Origin: Wolbachia endosymbiont strain TRS of Brugia malayi
GTDB lineage: Bacteria; Pseudomonadota; Alphaproteobacteria; Rickettsiales; Anaplasmataceae
Length of the DNA: 32,000 nt
NCBI RefSeq assembly: GCF_000008385.1
Contig: NC_006833.1
Location: 120,001-152,000 of the forward strand
Direction of reading: 5' to 3'
Numbering within the stretch: the stretch's first letter is position 1; every line of letters starts with the position of its first letter. The translations under genes and the position numbers were made by a program. The notes beneath the pieces were generated by a model. It had not been told where the DNA came from. It saw nothing but the letters and a program-made list of their open reading frames with translations, and did not search any database. Of the stretch, positions 1-9,836 are shown one piece after another.

Positions 1-739
1 ACTTGCAAAACAGTTAGCAAAGAGTATGGGCATGAACCTCATACGTTTTGATATGTCTGAATATATGGAGTCTCATTCTATATCTAGAATAATTGGTTCT
101 CCTCCTGGATATGTGGGTTACGATCATGGTGGACTACTTACAGAATCTGTGTCTAATAATCAGTATAGTGTTGTTCTTCTTGATGAAATTGAAAAAGCTC
201 ACAGTGGTATTCACAATATATTACTACAAATCATGGACTATGGTTGTGTTACAGACACTTATGGACGTAAAATTAATTTTTCCAATATAATTTTAATTAT
301 GACAACCAATGCAGGGGTATTTGAACGCAGTAAGAACTCTATTGGCTTTGGATATAAAAATTTCAATATTAGTGATAGCGAAAAAGTAATGGAACAGGTT
401 TTTAGTCCTGAGTTCTGTAATCGTCTTGATGAGGTTATTTCTTTTTCTGACTTAAATATGGATGTGATTTTGCATATTGTGGATAAATTCGTTCAAGAAT
501 TGAAAAAACAACTTGCACAAAAAGGCATAAGCTGCTTAGTGGAAGGAAAAGTAAACTCTTATCTTGCGCAAATCGGTTACAGTAAGAAAATGGGAGCACG
601 CCCAATAGAGAGACTGATTGAAAAGGAGATAAAGAGTTACTTAGCTGAGGAAATACTGAACCGTCGACTAATTAAAGGAAGAAATTTAAGGGTTTATATG
701 AATAGGCAAAAGGATAAAATTTCCTTCGATATAACTTAA
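1..739 (+). CDS. clpA: ATP-dependent Clp protease ATP-binding subunit ClpA, C-terminal part (5' end lies outside the window)
   Basis: The frame is open from base 2 (LAKQLAKSMGMNLIRFDMSEYMESHSISRIIGSPPGYVGYDHGGLLTE...LLDEIEKAH...). This is the second AAA+ module and C-terminal domain typical of ClpA/ClpB. Stop at 737-739. Confidence 0.85.
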   Translation, partial: LAKQLAKSMGMNLIRFDMSEYMESHSISRIIGSPPGYVGYDHGGLLTESVSNNQYSVVLLDEIEKAHSGIHNILLQIMDYGCVTDTYGRKINFSNIILIMTTNAGVFERSKNSIGFGYKNFNISDSEKVMEQVFSPEFCNRLDEVISFSDLNMDVILHIVDKFVQELKKQLAQKGISCLVEGKVNSYLAQIGYSKKMGARPIERLIEKEIKSYLAEEILNRRLIKGRNLRVYMNRQKDKISFDIT

Positions 740-800
740 AATTCTTGTGTTGAATTTCATCTTTGCTATAATTTATAATTTAAGTTCAATTTGAGTTATA

Positions 801-1703
801 GTGATAATAAGTGATAAAGTAAGACAAATCCTAAGCTACTATGAGAGTGAAAATCCTGGGGTGAGAGCAAACCTCACTCGTATTCTCATGCATGGAAAGC
901 TTGGTGGTACTGGTAAATTAGTAATTCTCCCTGTAGACCAAGGATTTGAGCATGGGCCAATAAAGAGCTTCGAAGTTAACCCTCATGCTTATGATCCGCA
1001 TTATCATTTTCAGCTTGCAATTGATTCAGGAGTGAGCGCGTACGCTGCTCCACTTGGTATGATTGAAGCTGGTGCTTCAACTTATGCTGGAATGCTTCCA
1101 CACATTTTGAAACTTAATAGTTCCAACTCTTTGCATTCAAAAAGTTTGACTTCCGATCAAGCAGTCACTGCTTCTGTAAAAGATGCACTACGTTTGGGCT
1201 GTACAGCTGTTGGATTTACTATATATCCTGGTTCTGCTAAGTGTTTTGATATGATAGAAGAAGCTCGTAAAATCATTGCTGAAGCTAAGTCTTATGGGCT
1301 TGCAGTTGTATTATGGTCTTATCCACGTGGTGAAGGCATTTCCAAAGAAGGTGAGACGGCAGTTGATGTTATTGCTTATGCTGCACATATAGCAGCTTTG
1401 CTTGGTGCTAATATAATAAAAGTAAAACTTCCAACTAACCACTTGGAAAAAGAAAAAATAGAAGCTGGAAATATTAAGTCATTATCCAAAAGGATTGAAT
1501 ATGTCAAAAAATCTTGCTTTGCAGGAAAAAGAATAGTAGTTTTTTCTGGTGGTGAGTCGAAGTCAGTAAATGATATATATAATGAGGCAAAAGAAATTAA
1601 ACAAGGTGGGGGTAATGGTTCAATTATTGGGCGTAACACTTTTCAACGAAAGAAAGAAGAAGCTTTATCTATGCTAAAAGATATAATGGATATCTACACA
1701 TAA
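801..1703 (+). CDS. fbaB: Fructose-bisphosphate aldolase, class I (DhnA/FbaB type)
   Basis: 300-aa ORF with a GTG start. It has the N-terminal block GTGKLVILPVDQGFEHGP, the internal IIKVKLP region and the GGGNGSIIGRNTFQR tail typical of DhnA-type class I aldolases. Confidence 0.75.
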   Translation: MIISDKVRQILSYYESENPGVRANLTRILMHGKLGGTGKLVILPVDQGFEHGPIKSFEVNPHAYDPHYHFQLAIDSGVSAYAAPLGMIEAGASTYAGMLPHILKLNSSNSLHSKSLTSDQAVTASVKDALRLGCTAVGFTIYPGSAKCFDMIEEARKIIAEAKSYGLAVVLWSYPRGEGISKEGETAVDVIAYAAHIAALLGANIIKVKLPTNHLEKEKIEAGNIKSLSKRIEYVKKSCFAGKRIVVFSGGESKSVNDIYNEAKEIKQGGGNGSIIGRNTFQRKKEEALSMLKDIMDIYT

Positions 1704-1708
1704 AAAAC

Positions 1709-1780
1709 GGCTGGGTGGCAGAATGGTTTATGCGGAGGACTGCAAATCCTTTTATACCGGTTCAATTCCGGTCCCGGCCT
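1709..1780 (+). tRNA. tRNA-Cys (anticodon GCA)
   Basis: Cloverleaf folded by hand. Acceptor GGCTGGG/CCCGGCC (one G.T pair), D stem GCAG/ATGC with G13:A22, anticodon stem GAGGA/TCCTT, loop CTGCAAA (GCA), T arm ACCGG-TTCAATT-CCGGT, discriminator T. No CCA is encoded. Confidence 0.9.
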
Positions 1781-1849
1781 CTTCTATAGCTTGTAAAGGT
1801 TGCTTAATTTGACAGTAACTTTAAGTATCTATTTAGGAGTGCGGCAGAG

Positions 1850-2210
1850 AGAGTTTTCAAGCAAGCACGACTAAGTAGGTTAAATGTAGCAATAAAAAAC
1901 AAGACTAAAAAACTACTTGACAAGCTTCGCTAGCCTTCTTACCACAAAACTGGAGCTATTTTATATAATTTTCCAGTCGCGCAGATTAAAATGACAAGAA
2001 GATCTTTTATTTGGTGTACTATGTTACCGTATGTCTTTAATAAAATTTTTAGCTTCTTGCCTATAAAAGCTGAAGCTCGCTTGTAAAGCATTTAAGATAT
2101 CACCCAACGTCAAATTTTTAAAATGAAGAGTTAGTAACTAGCTACTTTGGATTTTTTTGCCTTTTTTTTATTTAGTAAATTTCTTAAATATTTTTAGCTA
2201 CCGCCATCCC
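1850..2210 (+). repeat. Copy 1 of a modular dispersed repeat (A module plus one B unit)
   Basis: Aligns by eye with 11232-11700, 18500-18975, 30265-30830 and the reverse complement of 25812-26300. Contains AAAAACTAC-TTGACA (1917-1922), 17 bp, then TACCAC (1940-1945). Ends with TTTTTTGCCTTTTTTTTATTTAGTAAATTTCTTAAATATTTTTAGCTACCGCC. Confidence 0.85.
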
Positions 2211-2423
2211 AATTAATAAAATAAAAAATATTTCTCCTGTCTTTGAGAAATTTGTTATATTAGCTGTGGCTACTGGCTTTCATTTTTAATAGCATATTTT
2301 TTCTTAAGTAGTTAAATGGCCATTTTACAATGAATTTTGTCAGTAACCACACTAAGTTTCTTGGTTGCTATGCAACAAAGTTCAGTAGCTATATATAACT
2401 TGAATTTATCTATGGTGTGCATT

Positions 2424-2839
2424 ATGAGGTTGTCTTTCTTAGATTCAAAAATTACTGTCTACTTTACTCCATGAGAAGATTATGCTCAGCAAGTAATTAA
2501 TACAATAGATCAATCTGAGAAATCCATTTTGGTTCAATAATACAAATTTACTCTTGAGAAAGTGGCTAATTCTCTAGTTGAAGCAAAAAAACGTGGCGTT
2601 GATATTAAAATTATTCTAGATAAATCACAGCACATTCAAAACATAGTGTTATGCACAAGTTATTTGAAGAAGGAATACCAATTTGGGATTGATTACAAGC
2701 CAGAAATCGCTCATAATAGAATATTAATTATGATGACCACAAGGTTATTACAGGGTTGTCCAATCTCAGTGATACAGCTGAAGAAAGAAATGCTGAAAAA
2801 TTACTAACTATTGCGAATTATCCTGAGATTACTGGGTAA
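2424..2839 (+). pseudogene. nuc: PLD-family endonuclease (Nuc-like) pseudogene
   Basis: Conceptual translation gives ...KITVYFTP*EDYAQQVINTIDQSEKSILVQ*YKFTLEKVANSLVEAKKRGVDIKIILDKSQ...IAHN, then a frameshift to DDHKVITGLSNLSDTAEERNAEKLLTIANYPEITG*. The HxK-type PLD nuclease architecture is recognisable. In-frame TGA at 2472-2474, in-frame TAA at 2538-2540, and a frameshift near 2735-2745. Confidence 0.75.
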
Positions 2840-3123
2840 TATAGAAAAAATTGGGAAGTGTAGCAGTTATAATCTCACAGTACCCATTCCAGCAATTGTG
2901 TAGGAAGTTAATAGAAAAATATTGAAAAAAGTATCCGTTTAGAGGTGTAAGCAAAAAAAACCGTCAAACAAACACAGGTGTTAAAATAAGGTAGGCTAAA
3001 CATAAAAAAAATATGGTTTCTAGTATTTTTGGGATAAAAAATGGACTTTTAAAACCTTCATAGTAGGCCTTTTATCTACACTCCTGAATAGATACACTTT
3101 AAGCATGTTTGATAAGCCTAAGT

Positions 3124-3940
3124 TTACTTAGCCACATACGAGTTTAAAAATTCAACTCCTTTGATAAATCGATAATTCTTTCTATCGTTTTGGTTTATAA
3201 CTATTATATTCAGTATTACATCTGTTATAAGGTTACCAGAAGGAAGATAATATAATTTATTTGTTACCTAATTACACTACCATTTTCGTAGAAGAATTGT
3301 TCGTTTAGAAGCCTTGCCATATGATCTCACCTCAACAATTTTAGCGCGTTTATTATTCTACAAAGCAGCAGCAACTATTTCAGATGCAGATGCAGATTTT
3401 TCATTAATTAATACTATTACAGATAATCCAGAAAATATATCTCCTTTGCTTGCTTTGTAATATTTTTTCTCTTTACTTTCCTCAGTAACTGTTTCTCCAC
3501 CATCAAAAAAACTATCGCATATTAATACTGCTTGAAAAAATAATAAGCCGTAATTATCTCTCAAATCTAGAATTATATCTTTTATGGTACTGTTATTTTC
3601 TTTAATGTTGAACCATTGCTTTCTGAAATGATTGTCAGAGTTTTCATTAAATTCAGAAATTTTAATGTAGACTATATTGTCTATAATCTTATTTGAAACA
3701 GTATTTATTTGAAGTTGCATTGTCTTGAATTCTTCACTATCAAAATAGTAAGAATATGAATCTAGTTTAGAAAATATTTCATCTATTGCATATTCAAAAC
3801 AAGAGTTTTTTGATTAATGGGCCAGACATACTCCTTTTCTATTTTTTGATTATGTTCTCGAATAATTCAATATGGTCTATTTGTTGAGCAAATGAACCAT
3901 AAGTAAATAAGGATAAAATAATAACAATAATAAATTTCAT
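3124..3940 (-). pseudogene. ctpA: C-terminal processing peptidase (S41, Ctp/Prc type) pseudogene
   Basis: Reverse-strand pieces: MKFIIVIILSLFTYGSFA (signal), EYAIDEIFSKLDSYSYYFDSEEF, IVYIKISEF...IILDLRDNYG...VIVLINEKSASASEIVAAAL*NNKRAKIV..SYGKAS, and ..TNKLYYLPSGNLITDV. There are several frameshifts, an in-frame TAG at 3358-3360 where Q is expected, and the PDZ-domain region appears to be largely deleted. Confidence 0.7.
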
Positions 3941-4062
3941 GAAGAGAGTTTATCTATGATTCATAAGTAGAATCAACGAAAATGTCTTCTTTTAAAGTTA
4001 TGGTTATACTCTGCATTTTGTGGTAGAAAATAAGCTAAGAGTAAGTAGAGTGTTTTACAAAA

Positions 4063-5103
4063 ATGATACTACGTAATTTACTGTTTTTGCTGCCGCCTGA
4101 AATTGCTCACTCCTTAGCGATCATGATGTTGAAAAGGATCTCTTATAGAAAACCTATAGAACTACCAGAATCTTTAAGTGTGAACTGCTTTAATAATAAA
4201 TTTAGGAGTCCTGTAGGTCTTGCTGCAGGTTTTGACAAAAATGCAGAAGTTATCAGGTCCATGCTTTCATTTGGTTTTGGGTTTATTGAAGCTGGTACTG
4301 TAACTAAGCATCCTCAATATGGAAACGCAAAACCGAGAATTTTTCGGTTAATTGAAGATCAAGGAGTAATAAATAGATTGGGATTCAATAACAAGGGAAT
4401 AGACTATTTTTTAAAGCAAATAAGTGAAACCAAGCTTGATGACTGTATTTTAGGTATAAATATAGGGAAAAATAGTGCATCGAAGGACCAAGTCAGTGAT
4501 TACATTGACTTAATAAAGATGGTGTATGGGAAAAGTAGTTATATAGTGCTAAACATCTCGTCTCCGAACACACCTAATTTACGCAATCTGCACAATAGGC
4601 AAGAATTATCAGAGTTGTTAAAATCCATAACCCTAACCAGAAAATCAATTGATAATTCCGAATCTGTTCCAATAATGTTAAAAATTTCTCCAGATATAGA
4701 TCAGCAGACAAAGGAAGATATTGCTGGGCTTGCGTTAGAGTATAAAATTGATGGCTTGACAATAAGCAACACTACAGTCAGTCGAGATAACTTACATTCT
4801 CACCATAATGAAAGTGGTGGATTAAGTGGCAGACCATTGTTTAAGCTTTCAACAGAGTTATTGAGTGACATATACAAACTTACTCAAGGCAAGATATTAT
4901 TGATAGGGTGTGGAGGCATTTCAAGTGGTGCCGATGCATATAAAAAAATAAAGGCAGGGGCATCTTTAGTGCAATTATACACTGCTCTCATATATCACGG
5001 ACCTCGAGCTGTGAATAAAATTAATCTGGAACTTGCAGAGTTAGTGAGGAAAGATGGACTGAGTAATATTGGTGAGGCAGTGGGTTGTGATTGTAGATTC
5101 TAG
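4063..5103 (+). CDS. pyrD: Dihydroorotate dehydrogenase (quinone), class 2
   Basis: 346 aa with the motifs GLAAGFDKNAE, GFGFIEAGTVT, NISSPNTPNLR, GGLSGRPL and IGCGGISSG, plus an N-terminal hydrophobic anchor. Confidence 0.92.
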   Translation: MILRNLLFLLPPEIAHSLAIMMLKRISYRKPIELPESLSVNCFNNKFRSPVGLAAGFDKNAEVIRSMLSFGFGFIEAGTVTKHPQYGNAKPRIFRLIEDQGVINRLGFNNKGIDYFLKQISETKLDDCILGINIGKNSASKDQVSDYIDLIKMVYGKSSYIVLNISSPNTPNLRNLHNRQELSELLKSITLTRKSIDNSESVPIMLKISPDIDQQTKEDIAGLALEYKIDGLTISNTTVSRDNLHSHHNESGGLSGRPLFKLSTELLSDIYKLTQGKILLIGCGGISSGADAYKKIKAGASLVQLYTALIYHGPRAVNKINLELAELVRKDGLSNIGEAVGCDCRF

Positions 5104-5147
5104 AAGCTTGTTTTAATAGAATAAAACTAATTTTTTGGTATAAAGAT

Positions 5148-5882
5148 ATGATGGGTGATACTCCTTTTAAAGCAACAAGCATGGAAGACTTGAACGACAC
5201 TATATCTAAGATCATTAACTATAGATTTAAAAATGATGCGATATTAGAGGAAGCATTAACTCATCCAAGCTTAAATAAAAGAAATAGTAAAAATCAAATT
5301 GAAAATTACGAAAGGCTAGAATTTTTAGGCGATAGTATTTTGAATATGATTGTATCTGCTATACTGTTTAGATTATTTCCTAAAGAAAAAGAAGGGGCGT
5401 TGGCAAGAAGAAAAACGGATTTAGTTTGTGGTAATACCATTGCTAATGTTGCTAAAGAAATAAAGTTGGGTAACTTTATTATCATGAATAACAGTGAACG
5501 TTGCAATGGAGGAAAACGTAACCTAAAGAATTTAGAAAATGCACTTGAAGCACTAATAGGTGCAATTTACATTGATGGCGGATTCGCAAATGTTAAAAAA
5601 TTTGTTACCAAGCATTGGGAAGAGCGGGCCAAAGGCATGCTCAGTCTCCCTCAAGATCCTAAAACTTCACTGCAAGAGTGGACTCAGAAAAATAAGTTAC
5701 CCTTACCAGAGTATGAGCTTATGAAACAAACTGGACCAGCACATAGTCCTGAATTCACTATATCAATTTGCATAGAGAATTATGGTAAAGTTTTTGCATG
5801 TGCTTCTAGTAAAAAGGTTGCTGAACAAAAAGCTGCTGAATTAATGCTAGAAAAGATTAATAATAGTGAAAAGACAATTTAG
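5148..5882 (+). CDS. rnc: Ribonuclease III
   Basis: 244 aa with the RNase III signature ERLEFLGDSILN, the catalytic-domain motif EALIGAIYIDGG and a C-terminal dsRNA-binding domain (KTSLQEWTQKNKLPLPEY...KKVAEQKAAELML). The true start could be a nearby downstream Met. Confidence 0.92.
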   Translation: MMGDTPFKATSMEDLNDTISKIINYRFKNDAILEEALTHPSLNKRNSKNQIENYERLEFLGDSILNMIVSAILFRLFPKEKEGALARRKTDLVCGNTIANVAKEIKLGNFIIMNNSERCNGGKRNLKNLENALEALIGAIYIDGGFANVKKFVTKHWEERAKGMLSLPQDPKTSLQEWTQKNKLPLPEYELMKQTGPAHSPEFTISICIENYGKVFACASSKKVAEQKAAELMLEKINNSEKTI

Positions 5883-6015
5883 CTTGAACAAAAACGGACA
5901 AGTTTTAAGAAAGCTAAGACCACAAGTTTTAGTATTTAGCGTTGCTGCTGCCTGATGAAAACAAAATTAAATACATTTTTAATATTTTTATAGAAACCTA
6001 TTAGAATGGTTTTGT

Positions 6016-7536
6016 ATGCTTTTTCTAATGGCTATTTTAAAATGCTTGATGCTTCTTTTTATCATTTTTTGTGTATGCCTACCTACTCAAGGATATGATA
6101 AAAGCCTTACTGAAATAGAAGGTGAAGATCATCATGATATAAGTGAACACGGCTGTTCGGTAGAGCAATGTAAAAATGAAATCTCTCTTTCAGAAGGCAA
6201 CGGACCAGCAGTACCAGAAATTGTGCCTTTGCCTGTAGAGTTTCCTGATCTTACAGTCAGCAGTCAACTTATTTCTATTAATGTTAGTGAAGAAGTGTCA
6301 GTAAAGGATTTGCTGATTGAGATAGGAAAACTCTCTGATATTAACTTGGATATAAACCCCAAAATATCAGGTAATATTATTTTAAAGCTAAAAGATAAAA
6401 ATATAAATGAAGTAATCCAGAGTATAGCTGATAGCGCTAAACTGCGTTATTCAACAAGTAATGGTGTGATTAAAATTGAGCAGGATTTACCATACGCACA
6501 AAACTACTACGTAGATTTCATCAATATTCAACATTCTGCTCAGAGTAGTTTTATTGTTAATAACAATATTACTAGCGGCAATAGAGGCAACGCTGATGAA
6601 GATTGCAATAGTGTTATAAAGTCTCAATATAGCAGTGATTTGTGGAATTCATTGGAAAAAGGTCTTAATGCAATAATGGACATTAACGGGGTGGATAATA
6701 AGGAATTTCTTTCATCCAACAGAGAAACAGGTGTTATTATTTTAAATGCTAGAAAAAGTATCCATAAAGCTGTTGAAGAATATATTAATAAGGTTAAACA
6801 ATTGGCATCTTCTCAAGTGATGATAGAGGCAAAGATAGTTGAGGTTGTGTTAGACGACAAATACCTTTCTGGTATTAACTTAAATGATTTATGCAATGTA
6901 AATAAACCTGTGGTGAATCAAGATAATTCTATTATTGATCTTGCGGTAAATTTCGGTGCAAGTGACCTAGGGAATTTAGTGAAAAGTTTAGACAAATTTG
7001 GCACTTCAACTATAATTTCAAGCCCCAGAGTACATGCCATAAATAATTAGCAGGAAATGATTTCATTCACTAAAAATCACATTTATTTTACTTATGACAT
7101 ACAAAAAAATACTAAAAATTCAAATCAGATCTTAGTGACCAAAATGAATAGCGTGCCAATAGGTGTCGTGTTAATAGTTCATCCAAGCATTAATACTGAT
7201 ACTAGTGAAATATTCATGAATATACACCCAACTTTATCAAGAATTAACGGCTACACTAAAGATCCAAATATAGAGTACATCGCACAGCAGAGTAGAACAA
7301 AATTGAATAGCAATATTCCAATTGTTGAAATTAGAGAAATGAACTCTATGTTAAAGATCAAGAGTGGTGAAGTTATGGTAATTGGTGGACTTATAGAGCA
7401 TAGAGAAGATAAGCAAAGCTTTAAAGCCGCATTAAGTCAGAAGTCAAAGAGACTAGCAGACAACATGAGAACAGTAGAAACTGTCATCTTTTTAAAAGCA
7501 ACAATTGTGCCAACATTTAATTTGTTGGATAAATAA
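6016..7536 (+). pseudogene. Secretin-family outer-membrane channel (GspD/PilQ-like) interrupted by one in-frame TAG
   Basis: ORFs 6016-7050 and 7057-7536 are in the same frame and are separated only by TAG at 7048-7050 (...SSPRVHAINN*QEMISF...). The secretin domain shows VMIEAKIVEV, ISSPRV and KSGEVMVIGGL. The N-terminus looks like a signal or lipoprotein peptide. Confidence 0.7.
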
Positions 7537-7570
7537 AGATAATAAGACTTGTATATACATTGAATCGTTA

Positions 7571-8386
7571 CTAAAAATTAAATATTAAGCCAATTTCAAT
7601 GTTATGGGTTGATATGTCATCTGCAATAGGTATCGGAATGCTAAAATAACGGTAGCCGAGGAAGGTTTTAATTTCTGGGATTATCGAGTAACTAACACCA
7701 AGCTTTACTTGATAAGCAAACCAAGGAACGTTCAGTGGCATCGAGTTTTGAGGTGACCCATTGATCTTTCTTAATCTAAAAACCGTTGGTCCTATACCAA
7801 GGCCGACGTAAGGAGCAATTTGTGTATCTTGAATACTGGGATTATAGTAAAAGTTTAACAAAAATGCAAATATACCAGCTGATCTATCAAATATCGGAAA
7901 AGAATTGCCATTTTTAATGTTGACCTTAGAATACATGGTTTCGAAATCAATACGGCCGTTTTCTCCAGCATAGTAGCCTAAAGATATACTGTTAAGCCAC
8001 TGGAAATCAATTTCATCATCAAACTTTTTTACGCTTTCAATCTCATCTGCTACCATATTTTTTATTATAGTACCATAACGGCTCTCAACTAAAGTAGGAA
8101 CTCTTTCTCCAATTGCTTTTATACCATTCACAAATGTTTCTGAGTTATCAGAGTATATTTTACCGCTATTAGCGCTAACATAAAAATCAAGTTTTTTATC
8201 CTTTACTGATATAACCTCTCTTCCATTATATTTTCTAGATTTGTGGCATGTAGATTCATCTGCAAGCATTAAATTTTCCACAAACTGTCCATCATTTGAA
8301 CAACTTTCATTAGCATGAATAGGAAAAAAGCTAATACATAAGATTAGTAATGCATCAAAAACAATAGATCTTTTCATCATAAACAA
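7571..8386 (-). CDS. Outer-membrane beta-barrel protein, Anaplasmataceae surface-antigen (Wsp/Msp) family
   Basis: 271 aa with signal peptide MFMMKRSIVFDALLILCISFFPIHA, the blocks PYVGLGIGP and FAYQVKLGVSYSI...FLGYRYF, and a C-terminal IGLIFNF ending in Phe. Confidence 0.75.
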   Translation of the reverse strand: MFMMKRSIVFDALLILCISFFPIHANESCSNDGQFVENLMLADESTCHKSRKYNGREVISVKDKKLDFYVSANSGKIYSDNSETFVNGIKAIGERVPTLVESRYGTIIKNMVADEIESVKKFDDEIDFQWLNSISLGYYAGENGRIDFETMYSKVNIKNGNSFPIFDRSAGIFAFLLNFYYNPSIQDTQIAPYVGLGIGPTVFRLRKINGSPQNSMPLNVPWFAYQVKLGVSYSIIPEIKTFLGYRYFSIPIPIADDISTHNIEIGLIFNF

Positions 8387-8422
8387 GTTTACAATTTATA
8401 GTGCTTTCCTCATATCAAAAAA

Positions 8423-9658
8423 TTAGGGAATAATACTTCCAACTAAGTAACCACTTTCCATTCCTATAATGGTAGCTTTTACAATACTTTTAGCTTGAAT
8501 CTTTGATGTAAACTTTACTAATGCAAAATTTTCTGCTCTACCAATATTATTTTGCTCAACTAGAACACTTTGTTTAGTGCCTATCAAAGATTGATAAAAG
8601 TTACTCATCATTGCTTTATTTATTTTCCTTAAGTTTTTTACTCTTTCTTTACGCACATTCTCTGGCACTTGTGGCATTCGTGCAGCTGGTGTATTTTTCC
8701 GCTTCGAATATGGAAAAGCGTGTAGATAAACTGTATTTGTTTCTTCAAGTAGATTAACTGTATCCTGAAACATCTCATCAGTTTCCGTAGGAAATCCAGC
8801 AATAATATCAGCACCATATGCTATATTAGATCTCAAACTTTTCACTTTATGACAAAATTCTATCACTTGTTCCCTACTATGACGACGTTTCATTCTTTTT
8901 AGAATTAAATTATTACCAGATTGTAAGCTTAAGTGTAAATGTGGCATAAATCTTGATTCATTAACTATTAAATCCATTAATTCATCATCAACTTCAGCAA
9001 CATCAATAGAAGAAAGCCTGAGCCTCTTTAGTTCTGGCACATCCTTTAAAACTCTTCTGACCATTAAACCAAGTGAAGGTTTGCCAAATAGATCTGTACC
9101 AAAATCAGTAATATCAACTCCTGTAAATACTACTTCTTGATAGCCATTTGCTACGAAAATCTTGATTTGCTCAATAATATTGTTTATTGGTACGGATCGG
9201 TTATTCCCTCTTGCTTCAGTAATCGAGCAAAATGTGCAGCTATGATCACAGCCATTTTGAACTTCAATGAATGCTCTTGATTTATCTTTGAATTTATCAA
9301 TTAGAGCAGGTTCTGACTTACTTGCCTGGTTATCGTTAACTAATATTTTATTGTTACTTAATAAGTAATTTTCGGTCTTTAGCTTATCTTGATTACCTAA
9401 CACTTTACTCACACCAGGAATATTACTATACGATTCAGGGTCTAATTGAACGGCACAGCCAACTACGATAATTTCTTTATTTGGGTCATTTTTATAAATC
9501 TTACGTATTTTTTGTTTTACTTGACGTTCTGCTTCATTTGTCACTGCACAGCTGTGTACCACTACAACATTTTCTCTCTCTGCTTTTCTTAATGCTTCCT
9601 TAATTAACTCACTTTCGTAAAAATTTAGGCGGCAACCAAATGTCACTACTTCATTCAT
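8423..9658 (-). CDS. mtaB: Radical-SAM methylthiotransferase, MiaB-like (MtaB type)
   Basis: 411 aa with an N-terminal MTTase domain (TFGCRLNFYESE), the radical-SAM cluster motif CDHSCTFCSI and a C-terminal TRAM-like region. Confidence 0.85.
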   Translation of the reverse strand: MNEVVTFGCRLNFYESELIKEALRKAERENVVVVHSCAVTNEAERQVKQKIRKIYKNDPNKEIIVVGCAVQLDPESYSNIPGVSKVLGNQDKLKTENYLLSNNKILVNDNQASKSEPALIDKFKDKSRAFIEVQNGCDHSCTFCSITEARGNNRSVPINNIIEQIKIFVANGYQEVVFTGVDITDFGTDLFGKPSLGLMVRRVLKDVPELKRLRLSSIDVAEVDDELMDLIVNESRFMPHLHLSLQSGNNLILKRMKRRHSREQVIEFCHKVKSLRSNIAYGADIIAGFPTETDEMFQDTVNLLEETNTVYLHAFPYSKRKNTPAARMPQVPENVRKERVKNLRKINKAMMSNFYQSLIGTKQSVLVEQNNIGRAENFALVKFTSKIQAKSIVKATIIGMESGYLVGSIIP

Positions 9659-9836
9659 GCTAGGCTTTAATAGGCTTTACAATTTAATTATTATATCAGA
9701 CATCCAGGTAAAGTCATTAAACCTCTTAACCATAACAAGTGGTAACCCTATGTTTCTATAGACCTGTTCTTCTACATAAACCCTGAACCTATATCAATCC
9801 ACTCTCTAAATCTTTCTTTGAAAAATGAGCCTTATT

